A DNA stretch of 64,000 nt from Dimorphilus gyrociliatus (lineage: Eukaryota; Animalia; Annelida), in assembly GCA_904063045.1 (NCBI GenBank), contig CAJFCJ010000017.1, positions 186,001-250,000 on the forward strand, given 5' to 3'. Numbering within the stretch: position 1 is the first letter of the stretch; each line of letters starts with the position of its first letter. Both the position numbers and the translations under genes were made by a program. The notes under the pieces were generated by a model. That model had not been told where the DNA came from and searched no databases. It saw only the letters and a program-made list of their open reading frames with translations. Positions 38,511 to 51,949 of the stretch are shown piece by piece.

Positions 38511-39020
38511 TTATTGCTTCTTGGTTAACCAGATTAGTAGATAGTCAGCAGTGAAAATTTCAATTTTGAAATAATCTTCTACTTATTTTTTGTTTTTAAA
38601 ATTTAGATTAAAATGAAACTTTTAGCTTTTTTTCTTCAAAAATATCAATTACGGAAAATCTAGTCATAAATCGAATAATTTATAAATGACGGATTTTATG
38701 CGGATCGCAGGAGTATTACAAATATGATTAATATTGCTACTAATCGATTATTTATGATAATCAATATTATGATATACGTAAAAAAAATGAATATTTTATT
38801 TTATTTACAATTATTTCTGTATCACATCAACATTTCAAGTAACAAAAGTAATTTGTAAGAATATTTCATTTGAATGAAACAATGCAGTTAAATTATCTGA
38901 AGAAAAGGTAAACGAAACGTCAACAAATCATTGAGATTTGATTTCTTCTTGTGATTTCTTCTGTTGGGATAATTGGTTAAAGGTAATTAAAGAATCTTTG
39001 TTTTGAAAGATTTCAATAAA

Positions 39021-40391
39021 CTACTTACAGACAACGACGTCACCCATTTCAATGGCATTATCAATAGATTTTGAATTCATCTGCTTCTTCTTTTCAATCG
39101 CTTCCTCTCTCTTTCTTTTCCTTTCGTCCTGATGCATCCTTTTTTTAATTTCCAACACTAAATCCGGATTATTGATAAGCGTGTAGCATCTCCACCATCT
39201 AAATTTTATTTGTTTTCTCTTTAAACGTGATGAACTAGTAGAAGTCGAAGTACTAAAAGCACTTGAACAAGCAGAATCTTCAAGTTTTTTAGTCTTCATT
39301 TCGTCAATAAGCATTTGGCAAAAAAATCTAAGAATCGGATGATTATGATACAACTCTAATCTAAGCATGCCTATATAGGCATTGTAGCCAGAATCTAATT
39401 TTTCAAAGCCACGTACTAGGAGGCATCTATCCGTTCTACTCAGTAAAAGTGCTCCTATTCCAACAGATATTATTATTCTCTTTAGACAACCAAAAATACC
39501 AATGATAACATTAAAGAAGAAGAGAATGAATGTAACAACATGAAATACTCGTCGATTGTTTAGAGCTAAGTATTTTCCTCTTTCCTGTAGAAAAGCGAAC
39601 TTGGCCAATTTCAATTGAAAAATGTTCAACAACAGACTAAATATAACTGTAGGCCTGTAAGATATTATTAATCAATTATAAAGATGATAATCTATTATTG
39701 CGTAATGTTAATACCATAAAGGTAGTAGAAGTTTTAATAACCAATTTAATTGACCCTGAATCAAGGGTCTTACTATTAATAGGACAACCACTACAAAAAT
39801 AAAAAAAAGGAGTAGGGAAACAATTACATAACCCCAGAATAAGTGAGCTATTTGAAATCCGGCATATTTCAACGATGATACAACCGTTGATTCGTGTGAT
39901 TGATTACCACATCCTATAAAATTTCTATTTCCTTTGAAAAGTTTACCAATATGTATTCTGTATATATATATATAAATGAAATATAAAAAAGGGAGAGAGT
40001 TTAATTACTATTTCATTTTCCTTACTTGTATGTAAGTAGCATATGCATTGAAAAGATTATATGAAGTACAAGGGATATATAGATTGCAGCCAAAAATGAA
40101 CCTCGTGCTACAGTTATAATTTTCAGAACTTCCCTTAGTATTTCTGTCAGTTTTTTTCCATGAGATCCTCCGTTAACACTATAGTTAAGTATCTGATAAG
40201 ATATAATAAAGTAGCCGACTTTTAATTTGATAATGAAAGGAAACATACTCTCATAAAATCACTTAAAGTTATTTCGAAATTTGTTGAGCTTTCAGCCAAG
40301 ATAATTGTTTCTTGTAATAAATCTTGAAAAACGGCAAATAGAAAATCAAGAAATCTATGAAAAGTGATGCATAGCTGTAAAACAAAAGAAC

Positions 40392-40422
<31 letters not shown>

Positions 40423-42064
40423 GAAGAAGAGAAGTATTGTTAAAACATTGAACTTTTGTATTTAATAAATGTTTTCTATTTACGGCAAATACTCCTATAC
40501 AACCAACTGAAAAGGTAGCGCAAATTCTCGTGGAAAATGTGAATCCTTTTAGTGAAAATTACTAATTAATATAGGATAAGAGGAAAAATATTATATAATT
40601 TACCATCTATACTAAAGAGATTTAGTTTTGTCTTTATTCTCTTTATGAGGGTTTCGTTGGCTCTGAATATGACAGATGTATGGAAAATTTATTGACATAT
40701 TGTATTTTAAAAACGAACGTTTCATAGTCAACTGGTTTAAGTAGATCTTTAACATATTTATAAGCATTTGTCTCGTTTAAAGGTATGCAAATATCACAAT
40801 TCTAAAGGGGAGAATACACGTACAAATATTGAATATTATTGATAAATATCAATTAAGACTAATTTACCGGATCATTAGACAAAAATGGAATTTGAGATTT
40901 CCACTATATTAATTAAAGAAAGAAATGATAAATTAACTTATTAAACTTAGTTTCTACTACCTTCATCTTTTTTTGGAATAATAATTTTATATTATTGAAT
41001 AAATCGTATATATATCCTAGGCATAAGACAACTTTCACCAATAATAAAGGTATAGATATAGCCAGATATATATACTGGAAATCTTTCTGTTCAAGTATTC
41101 AAAAAGCTACTTTAAATGAGGGTATTATAAATAGAACATACGTAACGACCGCTTTCGGATAGATTGCAGTGGTATAGATAATATCCTCTTAAAACTGTCC
41201 AGGAAATCATAAGAAACGCTCCAATCAAATTAGCAAGAATTACTCTATGCAATCGTATACAAACAAACATTGGATAGATAGCCATACATAAGACTGCAAT
41301 GTTTGCCATTTTGACGATAGCTTTAACCAAAATAAAGCCAAGGTATTAATTAAATAATTAAAAAGACAAATAAATAAGCTTTTTTTTTACTTCCAATCCA
41401 TTTCATCCATTTATTTTCTCTTGCTGCAACGGCGAAGTCGACAAAATTATCCCCCAAAAATAACTCAATAATAAGGTAAGCCATTGAAAGATAAGCAAAA
41501 ACGTAGTATAATCTCCTTTTTGTATCATCTAATAGATTTAGAGGGCTAATCATTTCGTAAAGTAGAATGAATGATTAATTATCCATTCATTAATAAGCCT
41601 AGTTTATAATTGTAATTTACATACTAAACACATCCAGGCCATGCCCAACAGCACGAAAGTTTACAGCGTTTACGTCTGTCCCACGCAGACATAATAAGAA
41701 TGAAAACTAACTGAAAAAAGAGTGAACTTTATGCTTTACATATCAATTAAGATGGATAGAATAGGAATATGAAAACGCTTACGCTTAATGGTCCTGCCGC
41801 AATAATGGAGGTTCTTTGAACTGCAACGATACTCGTACATAGAGTATCATTAGGTCTGTAGAGTTTATACAAATCAAGCATAAACAATACATAAGATAAA
41901 AGTACTAACTCAATCGTTGGTTCGGAAAGATCATAATCAGGAAGAGCAGTTTGTTGCGAATTGGTTTCACTAGTTGCTAAATCGCTTAAGCACCTTCTAA
42001 AATCATTCATATAAGTGTCGTTTAACAGTATATCAATGCAATATTCTTTAGCAGTATCCATCAT
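39021..42064 (-). CDS. STRA6L: STRA6/STRA6-like (RBP receptor family) multi-pass membrane protein, multi-exon
   Basis: Motifs in order across exons: WPG..PLNLL..RRLYY; YPMFVC; GFTFSTRICAT; LFKG..KYAGFQIAHLFWGY; WP; NRRVFHVVTFILFFFNVIIG..SRTDRCLL.RGFEKLDSGY..HNHPILRFFC; RWWRCYTLINNP. Start codon uncertain. Confidence 0.85.
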
Positions 42065-43903
42065 TAAGATTTCTTGATATTTAATACTGGGACTTTGGAA
42101 AAATATTCAATGAAATGAAGATGTTAACACTTCAATATTAATATAAACAGTATATTACATGTGAACTTGAATCGTTAGATTCTGGCTTAAAAGATAAATG
42201 ATATTGAATCTTTTTTAATAAAATATCTGTAAAGAGAAACTAGATTAATTAAGGAATTTTAAGGATGAACGTTAATTTTACATCTACCTACCTTTATTGA
42301 AAAATAAAAATGCTTTGTGTAAATCGATTGTATCTATGCACAAATCAATAGAACTAACCTTGGTCTATTAAAACACAAGGAAAGTAGGCTATTCAACCAC
42401 CGTCTATAATATCTATAACACAATCATATAGAGGAAATCATCTTATTGTAAATGTAACTGATTTACTGATGAGTACTATAATTAAGAAGCAGAAGAAGAT
42501 ACAATAGAGTTAGTTGGCAAAATGATCGTTCAAAGTTGAATGTTCGCTATGAAAATATGGCTGAATATTTATATAGTTATTCCTTATGTAAGTCCTATAA
42601 GGGTAAGTGAGTACATTCGAAGTGGCTTTGTATAACAAACATATAAAATTATATTTTTAAAAAAACGCACTCGACTAAAGATGTCGCTTTTGACTAATGT
42701 TCATGAGAACTTTAATAATTTCTATTTGCTTGTCTAATCAAATAATTTACGTTGTCTCCTTTATCTTTATTAACTATGACAAGAAGCTTTAATTAATGCA
42801 AATAGTATAATATATTCAAAAATCTAGTTCAATTCGTTCATTTTCTACACTTGCAAAATTAAGTAAATTGATAGAATTAACATAAATTCCCTCTGTATTT
42901 TTATTTGTAAAACGACAACAAACCAACTTACTAATGTAATATTATTAAATCGTGATATTACTCATAATACCTTTGCAATTTATGATCATTTCTATACATT
43001 TTGACTAATCACCTATTCATGCAATACACTGCACAGCACATATGTCTATTTTTGGCCTATAATTAATTAGCATAACAAGTAAAAAAATAGTGTTAAAACT
43101 ATTTAAAATAGGTAATCAATACATGCAATTCGAATTTATTGCATTCACATGATATAAAAGAGGGAATATAAAGTATTCATATAAATGTTTCAGTTGGTGT
43201 ATATAGTTTTAATTTAATGATATTCTTTCATCAATGTTTCTTATTAAGCGTTTAATCAAAGTGTTAACCATGGAAAACACCTTATTTTTATTCTTTTTTC
43301 GATGCTTATCAGAAAAACTAATAGAAAAAGAGAGATAGGGAGAGACTTTTGACTTGGAATTAAGCACCATAAAATGAGTGAGAGATTATGTGAAAAACAG
43401 TAAGCCTTTATCATTCAAGATCTGAATACATAAATCACAGTATAAAATAGTAAGGCTTTCCTTTCCTCCCTTTATTACATTCGTTCCTGTCCACAGTCTG
43501 CTAATATAGTTACATTTACCTCCTAACACGCATCATCCAATAGAATTCTCTGTCTCTCAGTCATTGCATTAAAGTAGAATTGTTATGGTTTAATAAATTT
43601 GTATTCTAAATTACAGTATCAATAATAAAACAATCAAATTTGTCGATGTATTAATCGCCAATAACATGAATTTTTATCAAAAATTCTCTAAAATATTAAT
43701 ATTTTTTATAGTTGAACAGTTTTAATTTAATTTCTTTTCCTTTTGGCACTGAGATTAACAGATTCAATCGGCCTATAAACATACAATTTTCATAGTCCTT
43801 TATATTCAGTTAGTCATTACATATGTTATATAAATGTATACAATGTATATGTAAATCAGTCGAATTCAGTTAATAATCTTCTAGATTTCCAACAGTCTTC
43901 TTC

Positions 43904-44519
43904 TTAACTAGATTCGATTTGTTCTTCTACACTAAAAAAATAATACTTTCTGCTCGAATAGTTAATAATTGTCGATAAAGATATGACAAGGAAAATTACT
44001 CCCATGACTTTCAATATATCAATTATACTTCCTTCCATATTATAGAAGATAATATAGATTAATAATGTTCCTGATACGATGCATGACATGATCACGTGAA
44101 TAAAAATACTGTAAAAGTAATATATATAAAGTATATACAAAGAATAGCGGCTTCTCAAAAATGACTTACCTTGAGCAGAGATTACCTAAAGTAATCAATG
44201 TACGTAATTCAATAGTATAACAAGAAAGAAGATAGAAGTTAGTAATAAAAACTATTAAGATTACTCTAAACCATCTTTCAACTCGTTTCTTTTCCAATTG
44301 AATATCTAAATTTTCGCTTAAATCTTGTATTACTGAGAAAATGCTTACTAAAAGCAGAAAAACGCAGATTAGAACAATCGTTAGACCTCTGCAAATAATT
44401 GAAAAGAGTTTTTGGTTTGTTTTGTAAAATTTTACAAATCTACTTACAATGAACAGCATAAAGCTATCCATATTTTTGATAAATTCATATGAAGTATTTG
44501 GCCAAAGAATTGAACGCAT
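43904..44519 (-). CDS. Small predicted four-TM protein, unknown family, two exons
   Basis: The two ORF-track pieces join through a ~63-bp GT-AG intron (AG|gtaagt ... ttttacag|T). Four hydrophobic segments; no family motif recognised. Confidence 0.5.
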
Positions 44520-46055
44520 AGACGAAATGCATAGATAAAACCGTTAATCGTGCCAAGTAGAAAGAGGCAAATAATTATTCTATTCGAAATCATATTTGTT
44601 GTATATTCTAATAAAAGAAAATATAAAAAATAAGATAGAAAATCGTTATAAAAAGAAATTAATATCCAATTAGTAATAATGATAATTTAATACCATAATG
44701 AAAGCGTTTTTATATTTAGGTCATGTATAAATACAAACGATACTAGTTCCATAGTTTTGAGTAGTGTCATTAAATGTAAAAAGAACAAAAATAGAATAGA
44801 ATGTTTTTTCTCTCTACTAAATAGGAATACTATACAAGAGAGTATATCTATTTTAAAACAAAGTAAATTTGCTACTTTCGTATTGAGAATAGAGTTGTAA
44901 AGTAAAAGAATGCAATACAAAAGTGGCTTCTACTATTATAGAAAAGTTCATATTCTAATTGTATTATTTTGATATAAAACTACTATGGGATTAATCAATT
45001 AATCTTTAACATGGAAGTATTACCTATATCTTTAATTATATATTACCTGTATTCAATATGGATTCTTGATGATAAATGAACAGTTTTTAAACTTCCTCTT
45101 TCTTTTCTATACTTAAATCTTATTATTATCAATCTAAACTTTACAACAAAAATATCTTTTATTATTCTTCGATTGATTATAGAAACGTCTAATTTCGAAT
45201 AAAAGTTGCTTCTTTCCTTGTTTGACTGCTATTAACACAATTTTGGAAGATAAGATGCCGCCATGTTATATTAAACAACAAGAAAGAGAGCTTATCTTGT
45301 TTATAACCAATCATCGACCTTGTCTCTTTCGAACTATTTTTTATAGGCTAAATAACGTATATAATACATTCAAAACGTTTGACCGTTAATTTGTTTAATT
45401 AAAAAATTACAATGATTTCAATTTTTCAACTATTTGAATCGATGAACGAGGCGTTCAAGTAAGAATTAAAGGTCATAAAAGAGACAATTAAGGGGAGCAG
45501 TATGAAGTAAGTAAGCCTATATAAATTTAGTTTTTCTATGAAACCCTACATATAGATCGAGGAATTGAATAATTCATAAATTAATAAACAATAACAAAAG
45601 AATATAGGTCAAAGATTTTTATTTTCTAATTGATGATTGATAATACGCAATTATAAACAATAGGAAGAGACTACAATCATTGAAATATGCATTTTCGTCT
45701 AAAAGACAAAAACATATTTTTTACGTAATAATCTTTATTGAAATTGAATAGATCGTTCAAATAATGTAAATATATAAAAGAATGTTATTCTCTGCGAAAC
45801 TTTGACGCAAATCAAATATTCTTCCACTCAATATTTGGATTTTAGAACAAATACGCTTTATCTTAATTCTGCAAATATCAGATAAGATACTCTTCCATCT
45901 AATATTGGAATATTTTATAGAATATATTGATCTTCTAATTAATAAGGTTGTACAGCTAATCATTTAACTTTCTCTATGTTGTCTATGTCTCTCTATATAT
46001 TCAACGTTAAGATATTCAAAGAACAAATCCAAATTATTGCAATAATCCAACAGAA

Positions 46056-46930
46056 CTATAGATTCTCAACTATCTCAATCTCCAATAAAGAATCAGAAGT
46101 TATCGTTTTGTTATCTTGCGAATTATATATTAAAGTTTTACTTTCGGTTTTAAATCGTTTGGAAAATGTAAGACAAGATTGACAAATTAGTTTTAAAGGT
46201 AAAAGTAAATCTGTTGAATAAGCCAGTTTATTTAGACTTTATAATAAAAACAATTAACTTACCTTTTTCATTTGACAAACGCCATATAAAAAGCATCAAG
46301 AATGCAGAATGTACGCCTATAAATATTAATGATAATCGTAGACCTATCCAACTTTCATTGTAGTATCCGCTATAAAGTGAAGTTCTTGAACAGATTTTAA
46401 ATTGATCAATTGATGTATCAAACACAATAAGATAGTAGAAACTTATGCTAAATAGATAAATATCCCAGAAGAGAATATTTGTCATGATACCAATCTTGAA
46501 ATGGAGATACGTGAAAGGATTACAAAGTAGAAAAGCAATAAACCAGATAACAAATGATATACTAATTACTAGACCATAAATAGTCATAATATGCGGATGA
46601 TTTCTGAATATTTGCAAATAGAATATATAGATATATATATACAGTACAGTAATATATTACTATTACATAAGAACTAAACAAGATTTCGTCATCAACTTAC
46701 GGTTCTAAGTAAAATGTAATAATACATATTTTATTTGGCGAGCGAATTGCAGTTGTCCTATTTACGTAATAAGGTTTAATAGTCTTGTCATCCGGTATTA
46801 CTCGATATCTTAGAATTTCGCTAAAATTTTCTTTTGAAATTGCATAATGAAACGTCGGACCGGAGAAAATATTCATAATTGTCCATAAAATTGTTATAAA
46901 TCCACAGAATATATCCAGTTTAGAGATCAT
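46056..46930 (-). CDS. Predicted four-TM protein (claudin/PMP22-like topology), paralogue 1
   Basis: Exon 46930-46701; exon from 46603 (PNHPHIMTIY, three further TMs); probable last exon ending TAG 46058-46056. Homologous to the gene starting at 59636. Confidence 0.6.
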
Positions 46931-47497
46931 AATTCACCGCTGATCGCAAATTTAATAAATCTACTTAATTGTATATTCCCTCAAAAAGTATCCAAGGTAA
47001 ATATTAGTACTTTTTGTCTAATCATCGATTTTATCTTGTCCATAGAATGAAACAAAGGACAGAAAGAGAGAGAGAGGTAGGTTTTTCTTGTTTCCTCGTA
47101 ACAAATATTGGATATAGAATATCTTATTATTAAATATTACTCCCTGACCTAATTCGCCGTTGACTAAGCACTAACCACAGTTAATTTTCATATTATTATA
47201 TTATGAGGTAATGTAGTTATTATACAGAAACTTTAACTATTCATTAAACATCAAAATTCTATATCTAATTATGATTATTCAAGTTTTATATTATGAATAT
47301 TTTGAAAAATATTATCATACTAATCAGTTTCATAGTTGGTAGTTACTTTATCTGTTTAGCTGTTTTAAATCGGTCTTATCTTCTTCTTCTTCTTCTTCTT
47401 CTATTTTTGAATGAATACATATGACAGCCAAATTGCAGATAAAGAAACGATGCATGTTCGAGTGTCTTTTCAAGAGGGATGTATAATGTGCTATCGT

Positions 47498-50400
47498 TCA
47501 ATAGTCGAGGAACAATTGGGGTATTTCTAAGCAAACTGTTCCTCTTAGATCTACTGGAATATCCTTTAAACTATTTGCAAGCTGTCGGTCGTTGTTAACC
47601 TTCTCATTATCTCTTCCATAAGAATAGCCACGATAAATGAAAATTGGCTCGCAATTTAAACAAATTTTTAGATTAAGTTCAAATTCTCTTGCTTGGCTTT
47701 CGTTAAAGTCAAACCATTCGAATTCTATAATCTTGGGATACCTGGATGAAGTATTTAAAGAATCACAGATAAAGATGATCCCATTCCCCATTCTTTTGTT
47801 ATGACCAACAGTTATGTATTCTAGATTCGGACAAAGTTGTAAAGTATCCGCCAAATACCTTGCTTGAGACTGAGTTAAATCGCATCCTCTAAAACTAATT
47901 TCTTTTAGGTTTATAGAGGATTTTATCAATCCCTGGCATATCATTTGAAATGCATATCCAATCTTTGTGGTATCATCCATAAAAATTGCCTCTAAATTTG
48001 AACATGACTGTAAAAGTTCAGCTAGACATTTATTCTGAATTTCTAATAATTCGCAAAAGCCAACGTGTAAAAGTTTCAAACATTTAGACGAGCTCTTTAA
48101 TCCATAGCAGATATAATTAAATCCAGAACCAATATTATCATTCTCATTTAGGAAAATTGACTCTAAATTAGAGCAAAGTTGAAAGAATTCTCCTAATAAT
48201 TTACCCTGATTTTCAGTCAAATTGCAATTTCCAAAGTCTAAGCTTTTTAAATGTTGCGATGAATGTTCCAAACCAGCTAATATATCCTCAATTCCAGTTT
48301 CGATATTTCTATTTCCATACATGGAAAATGACTGCAAATTTTCGCAAAATTTCAATACTTCTTTTAAGCGTTTTCCTTGATTTCTGGTTAAGGAACAATT
48401 GTCCAAATTAAGTTTATTAATTGACCAAAGAGGAAAACTACCAGTTTTTTCAAAATTGAATAGTTTATGAACAATATCAACATCTTTGGGAGATTCGAAA
48501 TTTATCTTTCCGGGGAGACTTTCTATTAAGCTATCCACTTGGTATTCTCGTATACAACAATTGCTTAATTCAAGATCTTTAAGTGTGTGATGGGAGTTCT
48601 TTAATCCGTCAATTAAGACTTTTAATCCATCGCCTAAATTATCATTATCGCTTAAAGATAATGTTTGCAGATTTGTTAAATGGGATAAGGTGTTTCCTAA
48701 ACATTTTACCTGGTTTTCGGTAATACTGCAACTGCTCAAATCGATCAATTGAATACTCGAAGATAACTTTTTTAACCCATCGCATATATCATTGAATGCA
48801 CCAAAGCTCATATTCTTACATCCTATAAGGTGTAGTGATTCGAGTTGGGAACATTCGAGTAGAAGATCACCTAAACATTTAGCTTGAACACCTTCAATAT
48901 CGCTCCAACCAAGATCAAGACATTTAAGAGAAAGTGAAGAGTTCTTTAATTCATTTATCAATGATTTTAAACTATCTCCTTTCAATTGATTATTACCAAG
49001 TAAAACCGACTCCAAATTTGAACAGAAATATAAAACTCTCACAAGATTTTGTAATATTAATTTCTTTGTTAAAAAGCAATTATTAAAGTTTAAACTTTTA
49101 AGAAATTGACAAGAATTCTCAAGCCCGTTAAAGATTGGAATAAATCCCATTTTAATATCTCCATTTTGATTCATACTTAATGATTCTATTGTGCAACAGC
49201 AGCGAAGTGTTTCTCCTAAACTTGCCCCTTGGTGTTCACTCAAATTGCAGTCGTTAAAGCTAAGAGTTTTTAGGCTTTTGCAAGAAGTTTTTAATCCTTT
49301 GCATATGTTCATAAATCCACAACCCATGTATTTATTTCCGTCTAATACCAACGATTCAATATGTGAGCATTGTCCCAGGACTCTACCTAAAATTTTTGCT
49401 TGACTTTCTATTAAGTCATAGCCTAAAAAGTTGAAACTCCTAAATAAATGCGTATGTTGTGTGAGCCCAAAGGAAATTGTAACGTATCCTAAGCCTAATT
49501 CCATATTCTTATCAACTATTTGTTCAACAAAAGTTTCATCTATACGAGAGAGAAGAGCTGAACAGTGTTTTTTCGAAACTATAACATCAATTCTAGGACA
49601 TTGGCAGCCGTTTTGATTTTCATCCAATCGATTCCATTGGAATTTTGGAGGGTTTTTTTGTTTTAAACTACTCCACAAGTACTCTTCGTTAGGAAATTCA
49701 ACAGTTAAATCTTTCATGGAGAATGTCTTTAACGAATTATCGCTCTTCATAACTTTTAAAAAATCGATAAAATCTCTAGAAAGGCTTTCCTTTAATGTTT
49801 TATTCTTTAAGGTTAAATTCTCTAAATATCTACATTCCTTCAAAAGATATTCGTAATGATAGTTTATATAATTTGAGAAATTAGCACATTCATCAATTAG
49901 ACTAATCATAAGAGTAGGACCAAAAGTAACATCAACGATTATATGATCCTCGTGTTGCTCTTCCCACATTTTCAATTCTTGTATACAAAGATTGGTTTTG
50001 CAGTTGGTATTGATATATCTCCTTTTAATAATGAAACCAATTTGTCCAAGGTGGAAATATTTCAAATTTGCATTTGTAATTAAATTGATAAGATTCTTTA
50101 AAAAGTGTTCATCGGAATAGAAATGTTTCGGTGGATTCTTATTGGATAGACAAAGAATTTTCAAATTGGGTGAATGTAATGATAACAGTTCCATAACAAG
50201 CTCTAAATTAAACTCTGAACGTAGTAGGAATATCTCTGAAATATTCCATCCAACCTTTCTAATTAAAGCGGATATAATAACATCGTTTAACTTTAGCTTT
50301 TCCAGATGTAAGCGTTTCTTTTCTCTTACGAATCCAATATCTAATAGATGCTTAACATTTTCACTGTATTCATATATCGCTTGAATTTTCTTTGAAGATT

Positions 50401-51949
50401 GTACAACTCTTTTTAAGACTTTTATAGAATCCTGACCAATAAATTCTATAACTCTATAAAGCGATTTATCATCAATTTCGACTAATTGATTATCGAATGA
50501 CACAGTCCAATATAAGCGTTTTAATAGTTTTTGAAATTCTTCTAAGAGATAATTGGAAGCAAAAAATTCTTGAATGGATGAATGATAAAAATGAATTTCA
50601 TTGATACCCAAATCTGTTTGATGACCTTGAATTCTATAGGCAAAACCGCGTAAAATATCAATTAATCCTTTTTCATCTCCATCGTCTAATTCTTGTAAAA
50701 GTAGTATTTTGCCTTTAGCTAGAAACATAAAACTCAATTTATGAACGATTTTCATCTTCTCCGCAATACCTTGATAATTTATACACGTTTGAGCGGCTTC
50801 TATAATATTCTTATAGATATTGAATGAAGATTCTTCCAAGAAGGAATCGCCTCTCTCCTTTATCGCGTGAAAAGTAATCGCCAACATTAAGGGTATCCTA
50901 CACATTGATAGTAGATTAGCGTCGTCCGTTAGTTTGTTTGCGTAATTTACAAACTGTTTATTGCCTTTAAAAAACTTCTCTGAGAAAGATATTCGCTGTT
51001 CCTTGTTAAATCCTTTCAATTCAAATATCATATCGCGATTTGCTTGAATACTGTTAACTTTCAATTTTCTAGACCAAATAACAGTTGGAACTGGAGGATT
51101 CAATTCCTCAATGATTCTCTTAAGAAATGGATCTTCGTAACTATATTCGCCTACTCCGTCTATGAGGAGAATGATATCTTGATTCTTTTCGGCAAAGATT
51201 GATTGGATAACATTCCTAGTGACGTAGGATATATTCTGGAAATTTTGTTTTAAAATGATGTCAAATACATTTTCTGTTGATGAAGCATCCTTCAATGATA
51301 TAAATATCAGTAATTTATCTGATGAGACTTTCCAAACGTTATGCGACCAAGTATGAATAAGATATCTAAATTGAACGGTTTTCCCCATTCCAGCTTCAGC
51401 TTGAACGATTGCTTTAGTAAATCCATTTGTAAATATTTGATAGAAATGTTCATATTCAATTTTAGTAGATAAGAAGCTGTATTGTTGGAAATTAAAGTCT
51501 ACAACCTTTGAAATTTCTATAGGAGTAACAATAGTAGATAAATTTATTGGTATACTATTATCAAAAGGAAGAGGACACAGATAATAGAAATCATCTCTTC
51601 TCTGACTCTTAGTATCCTCGATAAGTTTATTCCATACTTTATTAGTATTTTGAAAATTATCAATTAATTTCCCAACTCTCTCCTCTTCCGTCTCTCGATG
51701 TATTTTCTCTAATATAGAAACGATAGCACAAAGAGATTGATTGCCTAATATTTTCATCAATAATTGAATTTTTTTTTCAATATCTTTATCATTGTTTTCA
51801 AATTGTAAATCTTTAATTGTAATATTTTCGGTACAGTTATTCTTATCTATTAATTCATTAGAGAAAATATCATTTATAAGACTATCTGCTAGTAAATCTA
51901 TTAATTTTTCTTTGTAGTAATTAAACGATAATCTCTCTCTCGATAACAT
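47498..51949 (-). CDS. NLR-type protein: CARD-like N-terminus, NACHT, RI-type LRRs; intronless, 1483 aa
   Basis: Walker A AEAGMGKT (~51376-51400); Walker B ILLIDGVGE (~51150-51175); CRIPL; winged-helix FYHSSIQEFFASNYL; about ten 57-58-aa double-LRR units (CSNLESxxLxxNxxxGxGF..LKxLxFxxCxLTExQ). CARD-like call rests on helical hydrophobic spacing only. Confidence 0.9.
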   Translation of the reverse strand: MLSRERLSFNYYKEKLIDLLADSLINDIFSNELIDKNNCTENITIKDLQFENNDKDIEKKIQLLMKILGNQSLCAIVSILEKIHRETEEERVGKLIDNFQNTNKVWNKLIEDTKSQRRDDFYYLCPLPFDNSIPINLSTIVTPIEISKVVDFNFQQYSFLSTKIEYEHFYQIFTNGFTKAIVQAEAGMGKTVQFRYLIHTWSHNVWKVSSDKLLIFISLKDASSTENVFDIILKQNFQNISYVTRNVIQSIFAEKNQDIILLIDGVGEYSYEDPFLKRIIEELNPPVPTVIWSRKLKVNSIQANRDMIFELKGFNKEQRISFSEKFFKGNKQFVNYANKLTDDANLLSMCRIPLMLAITFHAIKERGDSFLEESSFNIYKNIIEAAQTCINYQGIAEKMKIVHKLSFMFLAKGKILLLQELDDGDEKGLIDILRGFAYRIQGHQTDLGINEIHFYHSSIQEFFASNYLLEEFQKLLKRLYWTVSFDNQLVEIDDKSLYRVIEFIGQDSIKVLKRVVQSSKKIQAIYEYSENVKHLLDIGFVREKKRLHLEKLKLNDVIISALIRKVGWNISEIFLLRSEFNLELVMELLSLHSPNLKILCLSNKNPPKHFYSDEHFLKNLINLITNANLKYFHLGQIGFIIKRRYINTNCKTNLCIQELKMWEEQHEDHIIVDVTFGPTLMISLIDECANFSNYINYHYEYLLKECRYLENLTLKNKTLKESLSRDFIDFLKVMKSDNSLKTFSMKDLTVEFPNEEYLWSSLKQKNPPKFQWNRLDENQNGCQCPRIDVIVSKKHCSALLSRIDETFVEQIVDKNMELGLGYVTISFGLTQHTHLFRSFNFLGYDLIESQAKILGRVLGQCSHIESLVLDGNKYMGCGFMNICKGLKTSCKSLKTLSFNDCNLSEHQGASLGETLRCCCTIESLSMNQNGDIKMGFIPIFNGLENSCQFLKSLNFNNCFLTKKLILQNLVRVLYFCSNLESVLLGNNQLKGDSLKSLINELKNSSLSLKCLDLGWSDIEGVQAKCLGDLLLECSQLESLHLIGCKNMSFGAFNDICDGLKKLSSSIQLIDLSSCSITENQVKCLGNTLSHLTNLQTLSLSDNDNLGDGLKVLIDGLKNSHHTLKDLELSNCCIREYQVDSLIESLPGKINFESPKDVDIVHKLFNFEKTGSFPLWSINKLNLDNCSLTRNQGKRLKEVLKFCENLQSFSMYGNRNIETGIEDILAGLEHSSQHLKSLDFGNCNLTENQGKLLGEFFQLCSNLESIFLNENDNIGSGFNYICYGLKSSSKCLKLLHVGFCELLEIQNKCLAELLQSCSNLEAIFMDDTTKIGYAFQMICQGLIKSSINLKEISFRGCDLTQSQARYLADTLQLCPNLEYITVGHNKRMGNGIIFICDSLNTSSRYPKIIEFEWFDFNESQAREFELNLKICLNCEPIFIYRGYSYGRDNEKVNNDRQLANSLKDIPVDLRGTVCLEIPQLFLDY

